Shown here: positions 29,218 to 39,306 of the stretch, one piece after another
Layout of the letters: every line of letters begins with the position of its first letter
How positions within the stretch are numbered: the stretch's first letter is position 1
From: Candidatus Multivorans sp.
GTDB lineage: Bacteria > Acidobacteriota > Thermoanaerobaculia > Multivoradales > Multivoraceae
NCBI GenBank assembly: GCA_965247095.1
Contig: OZ251997.1
Coordinates: 1,984,001-2,048,000, forward strand
Length of the DNA: 64,000 nucleotides
Direction: 5' to 3'
Program-made: the position numbers and the translations under genes
The notes under the pieces: model-generated
What the model was told of the DNA's origin: nothing
The model's database searches: none
What the model saw: the letters and a program-made list of their open reading frames with translations, nothing else

Positions 29218-31763
29218 TGCGCGTTCCGCTCAGTTGGCTCGGCGACTTCGTCGAGTTCGAAGGCTCACCCGAGGAACTCGCCGAGCTGCTCACCAACGCC
29301 GGCCTGGAGGTCAAGGCGATCGAGCGCTTCGGCGTCGACGGGGCTGAGCTGCCGTGGCCGGAGGATCTGGTCATGGCCGCGAAGGTCCTCCGCGTCGATC
29401 CGGTGCCGGACGCCGACCGCCTGGTCCTGGCAACGGTCGACTACGGTGCGGGCTCGACGCGCCAGGTGGTCACCGGAGCGCCCAACCTGTTCGCGTACAA
29501 GGGGCGTGATCTGGGCGACGCGGACCTCTGGGGCACCCTCCTGCTCGCCGGCGCCAGCTACCGCAACCCCTACCGCGACTACAAGGTCACGCGGCTCAAG
29601 GCGAAGAAACTGCGCGGCATCACCAGCGACGCGATGCTGTGTTCGGCGGCGGAACTCGGGCTCGGCGACGATCACGAAGGCATCATCCTGTTCGAGCCAG
29701 CGGCCGAACTCCCGGAACTGCGGCCAGGACGACCGCTGGCCGAAGTGCTCGGCGATGTCGTGCTCGACATCGACGTGATCCCGAACATCGCCCGCTGCGC
29801 CTCGATCATGGGCACCGCCCGCGAGGTCGCCGCGCTCACCCGCGTCGACTTTGTGCCGCCGTCCGACGCGCTTCAGATGGACGGTCCGCCGATCGACGGC
29901 CGGGTCGAGATCGCAGCCGAGAACCCGGAGCTCAATCCCCGCTTCGTCACCCTGCTGATCGAGGGCATCGAACAGGGGCCGTCGCCCTACTGGATGCAGC
30001 ACCGGTTGCACCTCGCCGGGCAGCGGCCCATCGGCAACGTGGTCGACGTCAGCAACTACGTGATGCTCGAGGTCGGTCAACCGAACCACACCTTCGACTA
30101 CGACCTTCTGCGGCAGCGCGCCGATGGGTATGCCGACGGCGGTCCGGTGCGCATCGTCACCCGTCTCGCCCACGAGGGCGAACGACTGACCACGCTCGAC
30201 GGCGCCGAACAGAAACTGCGGACGAACCAGATCCTGGTCACCGACCCGGCCGGCGCCCTGAGCGTCGGCGGCGTGATGGGCGGCCGGGACAGCGAGATAA
30301 GTGCTGAGACCAGCAACGTCCTGCTCGAAGCGGCGGCCTGGGAACCGCGGAGCATCCGGCGCACCCAGCGCCAGCTCGGTGTCCACACCGAGTCGGGCTT
30401 CCGCTTCAGCCGCGGCGTCCACCCCAGCCAGGCCCTGCTCGGCGGCAGGCGCGCGGCCGAGCTGCTGCGGCGCCACGCCGGCGGCGCCGTCGCCCACGGC
30501 ATCGTCGACCACCACCCGCAACCGGCGCCGGCCGTCACCGTCGACTTTGATCTCGCCTACCTGCGCCGGATCAGCGGCCTGGACCTCGGCGCAGCAGAGA
30601 CTGCGGATTTGTTGCGGCGCCTGGAGTTCGAGGTCGAGGCGACGGACGACTCCACCGCCCTGCGCGTCATCGTTCCGGCCCACCGTCTCGACATCGAGGG
30701 TCCGCACGACCTGGTCGAGGAGGTCTGTCGCATCTACGGCTACGACCGCATCCCCTCTACCGTGCTCAGCGACGTGCTGCCACCCCAGCGCGGCAACCGC
30801 GAACAGGCGTTCGAGGACAGGGTCAAGGACACCCTTGCCGACCTGGGGCTGCAGGAGGTCGTCAACTACCGGCTGACCACGCCGGAGGCGGAAGACCGGA
30901 TGAGTCCTGAGACGGGATATCCACCGCCCTACGTCCGGCTCGCCAACCCCTCGACCCTCGACCGGGTCGTCATGCGGCGGAGCCTGCTTGCGTCCGTGCT
31001 GGAAGCGGCGGCGTCGAACAGCCGCTTCGAGGACCGGCTCGCCCTATTCGAGGTCGGCCGCGTGTTTCCGCTGGACGAAGGCGCCTCACTTCCCGAAGAG
31101 CGGCAGTGGGCCGCCGTCGTCCTTACCGGCCCCCGTCGGAGCAGCCACTGGCAGGCCGACACCGACAGCGACGACTGCTTCGACTTCTCCGACGTCAAGG
31201 GCGTGGTCGAGGCGGTCCTGGACCGACTCGGCGTGGACGTCGAGTTCACCGCGCCGTCGGAGGAAGAGTCAGCGGCTGCCTTCCAACCCGGCCGCGTCGC
31301 CGCGGTAAGGCTCGCCGGCGACCCGGAACCGATCGGTTGGCTGGGCGAAGTCCACCCGGCCGTCGCCGCCAACTTCGACCTTGAACCCGCGCCCGGGCAA
31401 TCCGTCCTGGCCGCCGAACTCGAACTTGACCGCATCCTCGGACACATCCCGGACTCCCTCAAGGTCGACCCCGTGCCCGTCTATCCCGAAGTACGCGAAG
31501 ACCTGGCCCTGATCGTCGACGAAGCGACGCCGGCCGCGGCGGTCGAGGCCGCCCTGCTCGCCGCCGGCAAGCCCCTGCTCTGCGCGGTCGAGTTGTTCGA
31601 TGTCTTCCGCGGCGTTGGCGTAGGCGAGGGATCGAAGAGCCTCGCCTACCACCTCACCTTCAGAGCGCCGAACCGCACCCTGCGCGACCGGGATGTCAAG
31701 AAGCTCCGCAGGCGCATCCTGGGTCAAGTCGAACGGGCCGTCGGCGCCAAGTTGCGGGAGTAG
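29217..31763 (+). CDS. pheT: phenylalanine--tRNA ligase beta subunit
   Basis: MRVPLSWL start overlapping the pheS stop (TGATG). DADRL, NYVMLEVGQP, EEVCRIYGYD and FDX-ACB C-terminus (KSLAY). Confidence 0.96.
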
Positions 31764-31778
31764 CTGGCGCGGGCGGCC

Positions 31779-32516
31779 TCAAGCTCCGAGGCGGGACAGC
31801 AACGCCACGACTGCGTGCTCGACCCGGAGTGCCCGCGGTCCGAGGTTGACCGTTCGAGCACCGGCCTGGTCAAACAGAGCGAGTTCCTCATCGAGAAGGC
31901 CACCTTCGGGGCCGACGAGCAGCGCTGTCGGACCATCGACGCCGAGCGGGCAAGGCTCAGCGCCCGCCGCGTCGGCGACCAGCACGTCATCGTGGTTCCG
32001 CGCCAAGCCAGGCAGAGCCTCGATCAGGTCCCGGGGCCCGGCGAGGCATTCGATCTCCGGCAGCAGCGTGTCGCGCGCCTGCGCCAGGCCGAGCATCAGG
32101 TGACGCCGCAGCGCCTCCGGCCGCATCACCGAGCTGTGCCAGTAGCTCTTCTCGACGCGCGCCGTATGGACGAGCAGGATCCGCTTGACCCCCATCGCCG
32201 TAGCGCCCTGCAGAATGCGGCCCACGAACTTGGGCCGCGGCAGGGCCAGCACCAGGGTCACGGACAGCGGCTGCGGCGGTTCCCGGTCGGGCGATCCGAG
32301 TTCCAATACGACGCGTTCGCGGTTCAGTTCGACGATCCGCCCGCGACCGATGCCGCCGCCGAGCCGGCCCACTTCCAGCGTGTCGCCGACCTCCGCCCGC
32401 AACACCTTGCGCACGTGCAGGAGCCGTTCGCCCGCGACCACCGCACGCGCTGCCGGCCGCCGGCCGGAACCGGCTGCAAGATCGAGGTCGCGATCCTCCA
32501 ATAGGAGCAGGTTCAT
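31779..32516 (-). CDS. rsmE: 16S rRNA m3U1498 methyltransferase
   Basis: Motifs HVRKVLR, VGPEGG and LGPRALRVEHA. Confidence 0.92.
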   Translation of the reverse strand: MNLLLLEDRDLDLAAGSGRRPAARAVVAGERLLHVRKVLRAEVGDTLEVGRLGGGIGRGRIVELNRERVVLELGSPDREPPQPLSVTLVLALPRPKFVGRILQGATAMGVKRILLVHTARVEKSYWHSSVMRPEALRRHLMLGLAQARDTLLPEIECLAGPRDLIEALPGLARNHDDVLVADAAGAEPCPLGVDGPTALLVGPEGGLLDEELALFDQAGARTVNLGPRALRVEHAVVALLSRLGA

Positions 32517-32591
32517 GCTGCTAGAGTCACGCGCTCAAACGACGCAGAGAATTGCGTTCCAGAGACCACTGGCAGAGGAGGACGGAACCGT

Positions 32592-33083
32592 ATGGCAGCA
32601 AAGAAGTTCCCGATCGAGGCCGGCCACATCATGATGTTCGCCCGCGCGGTCGGCGACCCGAACCCCATTTATCACGACGCCGACGCGGCGGCGGACACCG
32701 AGCCCGGCAAGGTCATCGCACCGCCGACCTTCTATCAGGCCTCGGCCCAGTACGACCCCGACTACTTCCTGCGCCCGAAGATCGGCGAACCCTGGTTCGG
32801 CTCCGGCAAGACGCCCACGGGAGTCCCGCCCAGGAACACCGGCGGCGACGGCGGCACCGGCCTCCACGCCGAGCAGCGTTTCGAGTACTTCCGGCACGTG
32901 AGCCCCGGGGAGACCCTGACGCTCAAGGCCCGCCCCGGCAAGAGCTGGGAGCGGCAGGGCAAGCGCGGCGGCAAGCTCACGTTCAGCGAGAACATCGTGG
33001 AGTACTTCGACGAATCCGGCGAACTCGTGGTGCGCGCCACCGGCGTTGGCGTACGCACCGAGAAAGTCGTCGAGAGCGACTGA
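32592..33083 (+). CDS. MaoC-like dehydratase, N-terminal-domain (HadA-like) subunit
   Basis: Motifs FARAVGDPNPIY, APPTF and LHAEQRFEY. Confidence 0.85.
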   Translation: MAAKKFPIEAGHIMMFARAVGDPNPIYHDADAAADTEPGKVIAPPTFYQASAQYDPDYFLRPKIGEPWFGSGKTPTGVPPRNTGGDGGTGLHAEQRFEYFRHVSPGETLTLKARPGKSWERQGKRGGKLTFSENIVEYFDESGELVVRATGVGVRTEKVVESD

Positions 33084-33094
33084 GGAGAGAACAA

Positions 33095-33517
33095 ATGGCA
33101 CTTCAGGCAAGCAAGATCCAGGTCGGCGACACCCACGAGGCACAGCTCGTCGACAACCTGTCCCGCACCCAGCTCGTCCAGTACGCCGGCGCGTCGGGCG
33201 ACTACAACCCGCTCCACTCCGACGAGATCTTCACCACCAAGGTCGCCAAGTACCCGACCGTCTTCGCCCACGGCATGCTGACGATGGGAATGACCGGCCG
33301 GATGGTGACCGACCTGGTCGGTGACGGCCGCCTGACTGCCTACGGCGTCCGCTTCACGCGACAGGTGTGGCCCGGCGACAGCCTGAGCGCCACCGCGACC
33401 ATCGATGCGGTGCGCGAAGAGGACGGCCAGCACCTCGTCGACCTGTCGGTCACGACGGTGAACCAGGACGGCGACGTGGTTGTTATGGGACAGGCGACGG
33501 CGCGGCTCGATCCGTAG
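33095..33517 (+). CDS. MaoC-family dehydratase (HadB-like catalytic subunit)
   Basis: Hydratase-2 motif YAGASGDYNPLH...AHGM. Confidence 0.88.
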   Translation: MALQASKIQVGDTHEAQLVDNLSRTQLVQYAGASGDYNPLHSDEIFTTKVAKYPTVFAHGMLTMGMTGRMVTDLVGDGRLTAYGVRFTRQVWPGDSLSATATIDAVREEDGQHLVDLSVTTVNQDGDVVVMGQATARLDP

Positions 33518-33531
33518 GCGGAGGCGCGACG

Positions 33532-34617
33532 CTAGTCGCGCACGGCCTGTTGGCGCAGGGCATGATCGGCCAGCACCAGGGCCACCATCGCCTCGCCCAT
33601 GGGGACGAAGCGCGGCAGCAGGCAGGGGTCGTGGCGGCCCTTGGTGGCGATGGTCGTCGCCTCGCCGGCCCGGGTCACCGTGTCCTGGGGCTGCGGCAGG
33701 CTGCTCGTCGGCTTGACCGCGCAGCGCAGGATGATCGGCTGACCTGAGGAGATCCCGCCCAGCATGCCGCCGTGGCGGTTGCCGCGCGTGGCGACCTGGC
33801 CGGCGCGCATCTCGAACGGGTCGTTGTTCTCGCTGCCTCGGGCCCGGGCAACGCCAAAGCCGGCGCCGTACTCGACGCCGAGCACCGCCGGCAGGCTGAA
33901 CAGCGCCTTGCCCAGGTCAGCCTTCAGCTTGTCGAACACCGGCTCGCCCCAGCCCGGCGGCACGCCCGTCGCCACGAGTTCCGAGATGCCGCCGACCGAG
34001 TCGCGCTCCGAGCGCATCCGCTCGATCAACTCGGCCATCCGGGTCGCCGCTTCCTGGTCCGGGCAACGCACCGGGTTCGCCTCGACCTGCTCGAGCGTCA
34101 CCGCCGCGGGATCGTCGATCCGCGCCTCGATGTCGCCGATCTGCCTCACGTAGCCGACGATCCCGACCCCCCAGCGCTCCCGCAGCAGCTTCTTCGCCAC
34201 CGCCGCCGCCGCCACCCGCACCGAGGTCTCGCGGGCGCTGGAACGGCCGCCGCCCCGGTAGTCCCGAAAGCCGTACTTGGCGTCGAACGTGTAGTCGGCG
34301 TGGCCCGGGCGGTACTTGTCCTTGATCTCGCTGTAGTCCTTCGGCCGCTGATCGCGGTTCTCGATCAGAAAGGCGATCGACGTCCCCGTCGTGCGGCCCT
34401 CGAACACCCCGGACAGGATGCGGGCCTGGTCCGGCTCCATCCGCTGCGTGGTCAGTTTCGACTGCCCGGGCCGTCTCCGGTCGAGGTCCGGTTGCAGGTC
34501 CGCCTCGGACAGTTCCAGGCCCGGCGGCACGCCGTCCAGGATGCCCACGTACCCCGGCCCGTGGCTCTCGCCGGCCGTCGTCAGCCGCAGCGCCGTCCCG
34601 AACGTGTTCCCAGCCAT
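33532..34617 (-). CDS. aroC: chorismate synthase
   Basis: Motifs GESHG, RPGHAD, GGGRSSARET and GRHDPC. Confidence 0.96.
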   Translation of the reverse strand: MAGNTFGTALRLTTAGESHGPGYVGILDGVPPGLELSEADLQPDLDRRRPGQSKLTTQRMEPDQARILSGVFEGRTTGTSIAFLIENRDQRPKDYSEIKDKYRPGHADYTFDAKYGFRDYRGGGRSSARETSVRVAAAAVAKKLLRERWGVGIVGYVRQIGDIEARIDDPAAVTLEQVEANPVRCPDQEAATRMAELIERMRSERDSVGGISELVATGVPPGWGEPVFDKLKADLGKALFSLPAVLGVEYGAGFGVARARGSENNDPFEMRAGQVATRGNRHGGMLGGISSGQPIILRCAVKPTSSLPQPQDTVTRAGEATTIATKGRHDPCLLPRFVPMGEAMVALVLADHALRQQAVRD

Positions 34618-34644
34618 GACACGGGCACTCTGCCACAGCCGGCT

Positions 34645-34670
34645 GTAGCCGCGGGTCTGCCGACCCGCGG
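34645..34670. repeat. GTAG-type REP-like hairpin
   Basis: GTAG followed by CCGCGGGTC-TGCC-GACCCGCGG, intergenic. Confidence 0.5.
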
Positions 34671-34691
34671 GCAATAACGAAGCGGCGACCC

Positions 34692-35411
34692 CTACCCGCC
34701 CGGAACGATCTGGCTCGCTTGGATCTCCAGGTCGAGACCCGGAACAGCCAGCCGGTCGCTGCCCGAGCGGGTCGAGGAGTCCGCGTAGCCGTCCGGCCCG
34801 GGAGACCTGTACACCTCGACGCGGCTTCCTTGGAGATCCACCACCCAGACCTCCGCAATGCCGTTGCGGGCGTACAGCGCGAGCTTCGCGCCGCGGTCGA
34901 AGTCGAGGCTCGAGTCCGCCAGCTCGATGACGAGCAGCGTGTCCTGGGGACCAGGATGCCGGCTGGCGTACCCGTCGTTTCGCCAACGAAGCAGCGCGAT
35001 ATCCGGCTGCGGCTCTGACGAGTCGTTCAACCGCAACGGGTTCTGAGGCGCAACGATCGCTCGGCGCCGCGCTGAGGGGACGAGAAGTTCATTGAGCCGG
35101 TTGAGGCAACCCGCATGCCGGCTGCCGATAGGTGACATCACGACGATTTCTCCCGCGATCAGTTCCACACGGTCGTCCTCGCCAAGGATGCCGGCCTGCG
35201 CCATGGCGTAGTACTCGTCTACGGTGAACAAGCGTGGTGCGGGCGGTCCCTCGTGCATCCGGATGATCGTCCCCTCGATCAGTTCCAGGTTCTCTTCGCG
35301 GCGAAGGACGCCGGCCCGCGCCATCGCGTAGTACTCGTTCACGTTGAACAGCCGCTTGGCCGGCGCCCTGCCAGCGAGGCCTTGCTCCCGCTCACGCGCT
35401 GCCACCGTCAT
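34692..35411 (-). CDS. Uma2 (DUF820) family endonuclease with duplicated N-terminal segment
   Basis: VELIAGEIVVMSPIGSRH, EPQPD, LVIELADSSL and YARNGIAEVWVVD. The first ~40 aa are repeated. Confidence 0.9.
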   Translation of the reverse strand: MTVAAREREQGLAGRAPAKRLFNVNEYYAMARAGVLRREENLELIEGTIIRMHEGPPAPRLFTVDEYYAMAQAGILGEDDRVELIAGEIVVMSPIGSRHAGCLNRLNELLVPSARRRAIVAPQNPLRLNDSSEPQPDIALLRWRNDGYASRHPGPQDTLLVIELADSSLDFDRGAKLALYARNGIAEVWVVDLQGSRVEVYRSPGPDGYADSSTRSGSDRLAVPGLDLEIQASQIVPGG

Positions 35412-35469
35412 GCCCACAATCATACCGGCCACCGCCAGCCGAACGGACGTAGACTGGTGGGTGATGGAG

Positions 35470-36369
35470 ATGTCCACTGCCGCCGCTCCCTTCGAGTCGC
35501 CGCCCATCGACGCGGTCGGGGTCGAGGAACGCGTCGCCCGGCTGTGTTCGCGCAGCATCAAGAAGGAGGCGAAGCTCCAGGCGCTCCACCTGACCCTGGC
35601 GATGATCGACCTGACGACGCTCGAAGGCGCCGACTCGGAGGGCAAGGTAAGGCAACTCTGCGCCAAGGCGCTGCAGCTTCACGCGGCGCTGCCCGACCTG
35701 CCGCACGTCGCCGCGGTCTGCGTCTACCCCGCCCTGGTCGGCACAGCCAAGCAGGCGCTCAAGGGGAGCGGCATCGCGGTCGCCTCGGTCGCCACCAGCT
35801 TCCCCGCCGGTCAGGCGCCCCTGGAAATCAAGTTGCTGGAGGTGCAGCGCGCGGTCGAGGCCGGCGCCGACGAAGTCGACATGGTGATCTCCCGAGGCCG
35901 TTTCCTGGCCGGTGATCTCGCCTACACGGCGGACGAGATCGCCGCGGTCAAGGAGGCCTGCGGCGAGGTGCATCTCAAGGTCATCCTCGAGACCGGCGAA
36001 CTCGGCACCCTCGACGCGATACGCCGCGCCTCCGACCTTGCCATGCGCTCCGGCGCCGACTTCATCAAGACCTCGACCGGCAAGATCAAGCCCGCCGCGA
36101 CGATGCCGGTGGTGCTCGTCATGCTGGAGGCAATCCGCGACCACTACCTCCGCACCGGCCAGCGAATCGGCATGAAGCCGGCCGGCGGGATCTCCACCGC
36201 CAAGGACGCGATCCGGCACCTGGTCATGGTGCGCGAAACGCTCGGCCAGGACTGGCTCGACCCGAGCCTCTACCGGTTCGGCGCGAGTTCGCTGGCGAAC
36301 GATGTCCTGCGCCAGATCGTCAAGCAACGGAGCGGCATCTACCAGTCCTTCGACGACTTCTCCCTCTGA
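35470..36369 (+). CDS. deoC: deoxyribose-phosphate aldolase
   Basis: Motifs IDLTTLEG, AAVCVYP, KVILETGEL, DFIKTSTGK and RFGASSL. Confidence 0.95.
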   Translation: MSTAAAPFESPPIDAVGVEERVARLCSRSIKKEAKLQALHLTLAMIDLTTLEGADSEGKVRQLCAKALQLHAALPDLPHVAAVCVYPALVGTAKQALKGSGIAVASVATSFPAGQAPLEIKLLEVQRAVEAGADEVDMVISRGRFLAGDLAYTADEIAAVKEACGEVHLKVILETGELGTLDAIRRASDLAMRSGADFIKTSTGKIKPAATMPVVLVMLEAIRDHYLRTGQRIGMKPAGGISTAKDAIRHLVMVRETLGQDWLDPSLYRFGASSLANDVLRQIVKQRSGIYQSFDDFSL

Positions 36370-36387
36370 AGGAGGTGACGAGAGTTC

Positions 36388-37902
36388 ATGGCCAACCGCA
36401 CTGCGTTCGCCGGAAGAGCATCCGCTGAAATCGCCCCACTGCGTCTGGGCGGCAGCGACGGCTGGGCCTACGCGCCCGCGCCCGAGTCGACGGATCACGT
36501 CGAGCTGCGAGACCGCTACGGCCTGTTCATCGACGGCGAGTTCACCAACGCCGCCGACGGACGGACGTTTGAGACGACGAACCCGGCGACTGAAGAGAAG
36601 ATCGCGGACGTCGCGCTGGCTGGCGACCTCGATGTCGACCGCGCGGTGGCGGCAGCCCGGCGCGCCTACGACGAGGTGTGGTCGCGGCTCGCACCAAGCG
36701 AGCGCGGCAAATACATCTACCGGATCGCCCGAGTACTCCAGGAACGCGGCCGCGAAATGGCGATCACCGAGTCGCTCGACGGCGGCAAACCGATCCGCGA
36801 GTCGAGGGACGTCGACATCCCGCTCGCGGCAGCGCACTTCTTCTACTACGCCGGCTGGGCGGACAAGCTCGACTACGCCTTCGCAGGCCGCGGCGCCCGT
36901 TCCCTCGGGGTCGCCGGCCAGGTCATCCCGTGGAACTTCCCGCTGCTCATGGCGGCCTGGAAGATCGCGCCGGCGCTGGCGGCCGGCAACACGGTCGTGC
37001 TCAAGCCGGCCGAGACGACGCCGCTCACCGCGCTCAAGCTGGCCGAGATCGTCCGCGATGCCGGCCTGCCGCCCGGGGTGGTCAACATCGTCACCGGGGC
37101 CGGCGAAACCGGCGCCGCAGTGGCGCAGCACGATGGCGTCGACAAGGTCGCCTTCACCGGCTCCACCGAGGTCGGCAAGCTGATCCGGCGCGCGCTCGCG
37201 GGCAGCGGCAAGCACTACACCCTGGAACTGGGCGGCAAGGCGGCGAACCTGGTATTCGAGGACGCCGCCATCGACCAGGCGGTCGAGGGCATCGTCAACG
37301 GCATCTTCTTCAACCAGGGGCACGTCTGCTGCGCGGGTTCGCGCCTCCTGGTCCAGGAATCGGTTGCGAACGAGGTGATCTCCAAGCTGAAGGACCGGAT
37401 GGAGACGTTGATCGTCGGCGATCCGCTCGACAAGAACACGGACATCGGCGCGATCAACTCGCGCGCCCAGCTCGACAAGATCGAGGAGTATCTGGATATC
37501 GGCGAGAACGAAGGCGCCGAGCCGTTCCAGACCTCGTGCCCGTTGCCCGAACGCGGCTACTGGTGCCGTCCCACGCTGTTCCTGCGCGCCTCGCAGTCCC
37601 ATCGCGTGGTCCAGGAGGAGATCTTCGGCCCGGTGCTGGCGGTGCAGACGTTCCGCACTGTGGACGAGGGCGTAGCGATGGCGAACAACACGCCTTACGG
37701 CCTCTCGGGCGGCGTCTGGAGCGACAAGGGCGCCAAGGCGTTCCGGGTCACGAGCCAGATCCGGGCCGGCGTGCTGTGGGCCAACACCTACAACAAGTTC
37801 GATCCCACCTCTCCCTTCGGCGGCTACAAGGAGAGCGGCATCGGCCGCGAGGGCGGCCTCAGCGGCCTGCAGGCCTATCTGCAGCCGGAGGAGGCGGCAT
37901 GA
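36388..37902 (+). CDS. aldehyde dehydrogenase (deoC-associated)
   Basis: PWNFP, FTGSTEVG, LELGGK, catalytic Cys in NQGHVCCAG, and EEIFGP. Confidence 0.95.
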   Translation: MANRTAFAGRASAEIAPLRLGGSDGWAYAPAPESTDHVELRDRYGLFIDGEFTNAADGRTFETTNPATEEKIADVALAGDLDVDRAVAAARRAYDEVWSRLAPSERGKYIYRIARVLQERGREMAITESLDGGKPIRESRDVDIPLAAAHFFYYAGWADKLDYAFAGRGARSLGVAGQVIPWNFPLLMAAWKIAPALAAGNTVVLKPAETTPLTALKLAEIVRDAGLPPGVVNIVTGAGETGAAVAQHDGVDKVAFTGSTEVGKLIRRALAGSGKHYTLELGGKAANLVFEDAAIDQAVEGIVNGIFFNQGHVCCAGSRLLVQESVANEVISKLKDRMETLIVGDPLDKNTDIGAINSRAQLDKIEEYLDIGENEGAEPFQTSCPLPERGYWCRPTLFLRASQSHRVVQEEIFGPVLAVQTFRTVDEGVAMANNTPYGLSGGVWSDKGAKAFRVTSQIRAGVLWANTYNKFDPTSPFGGYKESGIGREGGLSGLQAYLQPEEAA

Positions 37903-38777
37903 ACGACTCGCGACCCGCCACCACGACCGACCGCCTGCCGGTGCTCAAGACCCACAAGGTCTACATCGGCGGCAAGTTCCCGCGCTCCGAGTCCGGCCGC
38001 TTCGACCGTGCCCTGGCGCCGGACGGCAGGCCGATCGCCAACATCTGCCGCTGCTCGCGCAAGGACGTCCGCGACGCCGTGACCGCAGCGCGCCAGGCAC
38101 AGGCCGGCTGGGCCGCGCGCTCGGCCTACAACCGCGGCCAGATCCTCTACCGGATCGCCGAGATGCTGGAAGGCCGCAGCGCCCAGTTCGAGGCCCTGCT
38201 CACGGCCGGCGGCGCAACCCCGGAGAGCGCAGCGGCCGAGGTCCAGGCCGCGGTCGACCGGCTCGTCCACTACGCGGGATGGACGGACAAGTTCCAGCAG
38301 ATCTTCTCGAGCGTCAACCCGGTGGCCACGAAGCACTTCAACTTCTCGATCCTCGAGCCCATGGGCGTGGTCGGCGTGCTGGCGCCCGCATCGCCCCTGC
38401 TCGGCCTGGTCTCGGCGACCGCGCCCGCGATCGCCGGCGGCAACACGACGGTGGTTCTGGTCACCGGCAGTCAACCCTTGCCCGCCGTGACCTTCGCCGA
38501 AGTCCTCAACTCCTCCGACGTGCCCGGCGGCGTCGTCAACATCCTCACCGGCCGCCGCGACGAGATGCTCGCCCCGCTCGCCGCCCACCGCGACGTCGAT
38601 GGGCTCCTCCTCTGCACCTCCGACCCGGAGATCGGCAAGGCCGCCGAGATCGAGGCCGTCCACAACCTGAAGCGCGTCCTGCATCGCCGCCACGAGGACT
38701 GGACGGAAATCCAGAGCCCGTACGAGATCACCGACCTGCAAGAGGTGAAGACGACATGGCATCCGATCGGGAGTTGA
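37899..38777 (+). CDS. short aldehyde-dehydrogenase-family protein lacking the catalytic domain
   Basis: KTHKVYIGGKFPRSESGR and KTTWHPIG. No FTGS/ELGG/Cys motifs. ATGA overlap with the preceding gene. Confidence 0.88.
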   Translation: MNDSRPATTTDRLPVLKTHKVYIGGKFPRSESGRFDRALAPDGRPIANICRCSRKDVRDAVTAARQAQAGWAARSAYNRGQILYRIAEMLEGRSAQFEALLTAGGATPESAAAEVQAAVDRLVHYAGWTDKFQQIFSSVNPVATKHFNFSILEPMGVVGVLAPASPLLGLVSATAPAIAGGNTTVVLVTGSQPLPAVTFAEVLNSSDVPGGVVNILTGRRDEMLAPLAAHRDVDGLLLCTSDPEIGKAAEIEAVHNLKRVLHRRHEDWTEIQSPYEITDLQEVKTTWHPIGS

Positions 38778-38806
38778 GCGACCACGCCGTCGAGACGGCG
38801 TCCCCC

Positions 38807-39265
38807 ATGCAACCTGCTGAACCGCCCGAGACCGGGGAGATGCAACTCCCGCTCCATGCCCGCAACCGCGCCGCCGAGATCGGCAAGTCGCCGGAGAAGC
38901 TCCGGGAGATGGTCGCAGAGGCGAGGGCGAAGGCGGACACCGCCGGCAGTTCCTCCCGCCCCCTCGCGGGCGTGATCGAAGACCTGAAGACGATGTTCGA
39001 GATGCTTCGATCGGTAGCCCGGGGCGCCTACCGTCCCAGGAAGGAGACCCTCATCCTCATCGCCGGCGCGGTCCTCTACTTCGTGATTCCGATCGACGTG
39101 ATTCCGGACTTCATCCCGGTGGCCGGCTTCGTCGACGACGCCGCGGTGATCGCCTGGGTGGTCAAGACCTGCAAGGGCGAGATCGAACTGTTCAAGGCCC
39201 TGAAGGCAAACGGCAGCGGATCCGCAGCGCACTCCGCCGAGCCGGCAGAACCGAGCGCCGTCTGA
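38807..39265 (+). CDS. YkvA/DUF1232 family protein
   Basis: Motif LYFVIPIDVIPDFIPVAGFVDD. Start uncertain (38774-38840). Confidence 0.88.
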   Translation: MQPAEPPETGEMQLPLHARNRAAEIGKSPEKLREMVAEARAKADTAGSSSRPLAGVIEDLKTMFEMLRSVARGAYRPRKETLILIAGAVLYFVIPIDVIPDFIPVAGFVDDAAVIAWVVKTCKGEIELFKALKANGSGSAAHSAEPAEPSAV

Positions 39266-39306
39266 TCAAGCGCCCAAGTGGGCGCACCCGCCGGGGGCGC
39301 GCCCGC

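Noticed and set aside
35392-37602. Long antisense ORFs (also 1976-3325, 24696-26522, 29265-30707, 44564-46210)
   Set aside because: Shadow ORFs opposite well-supported genes, with no recognisable motifs.
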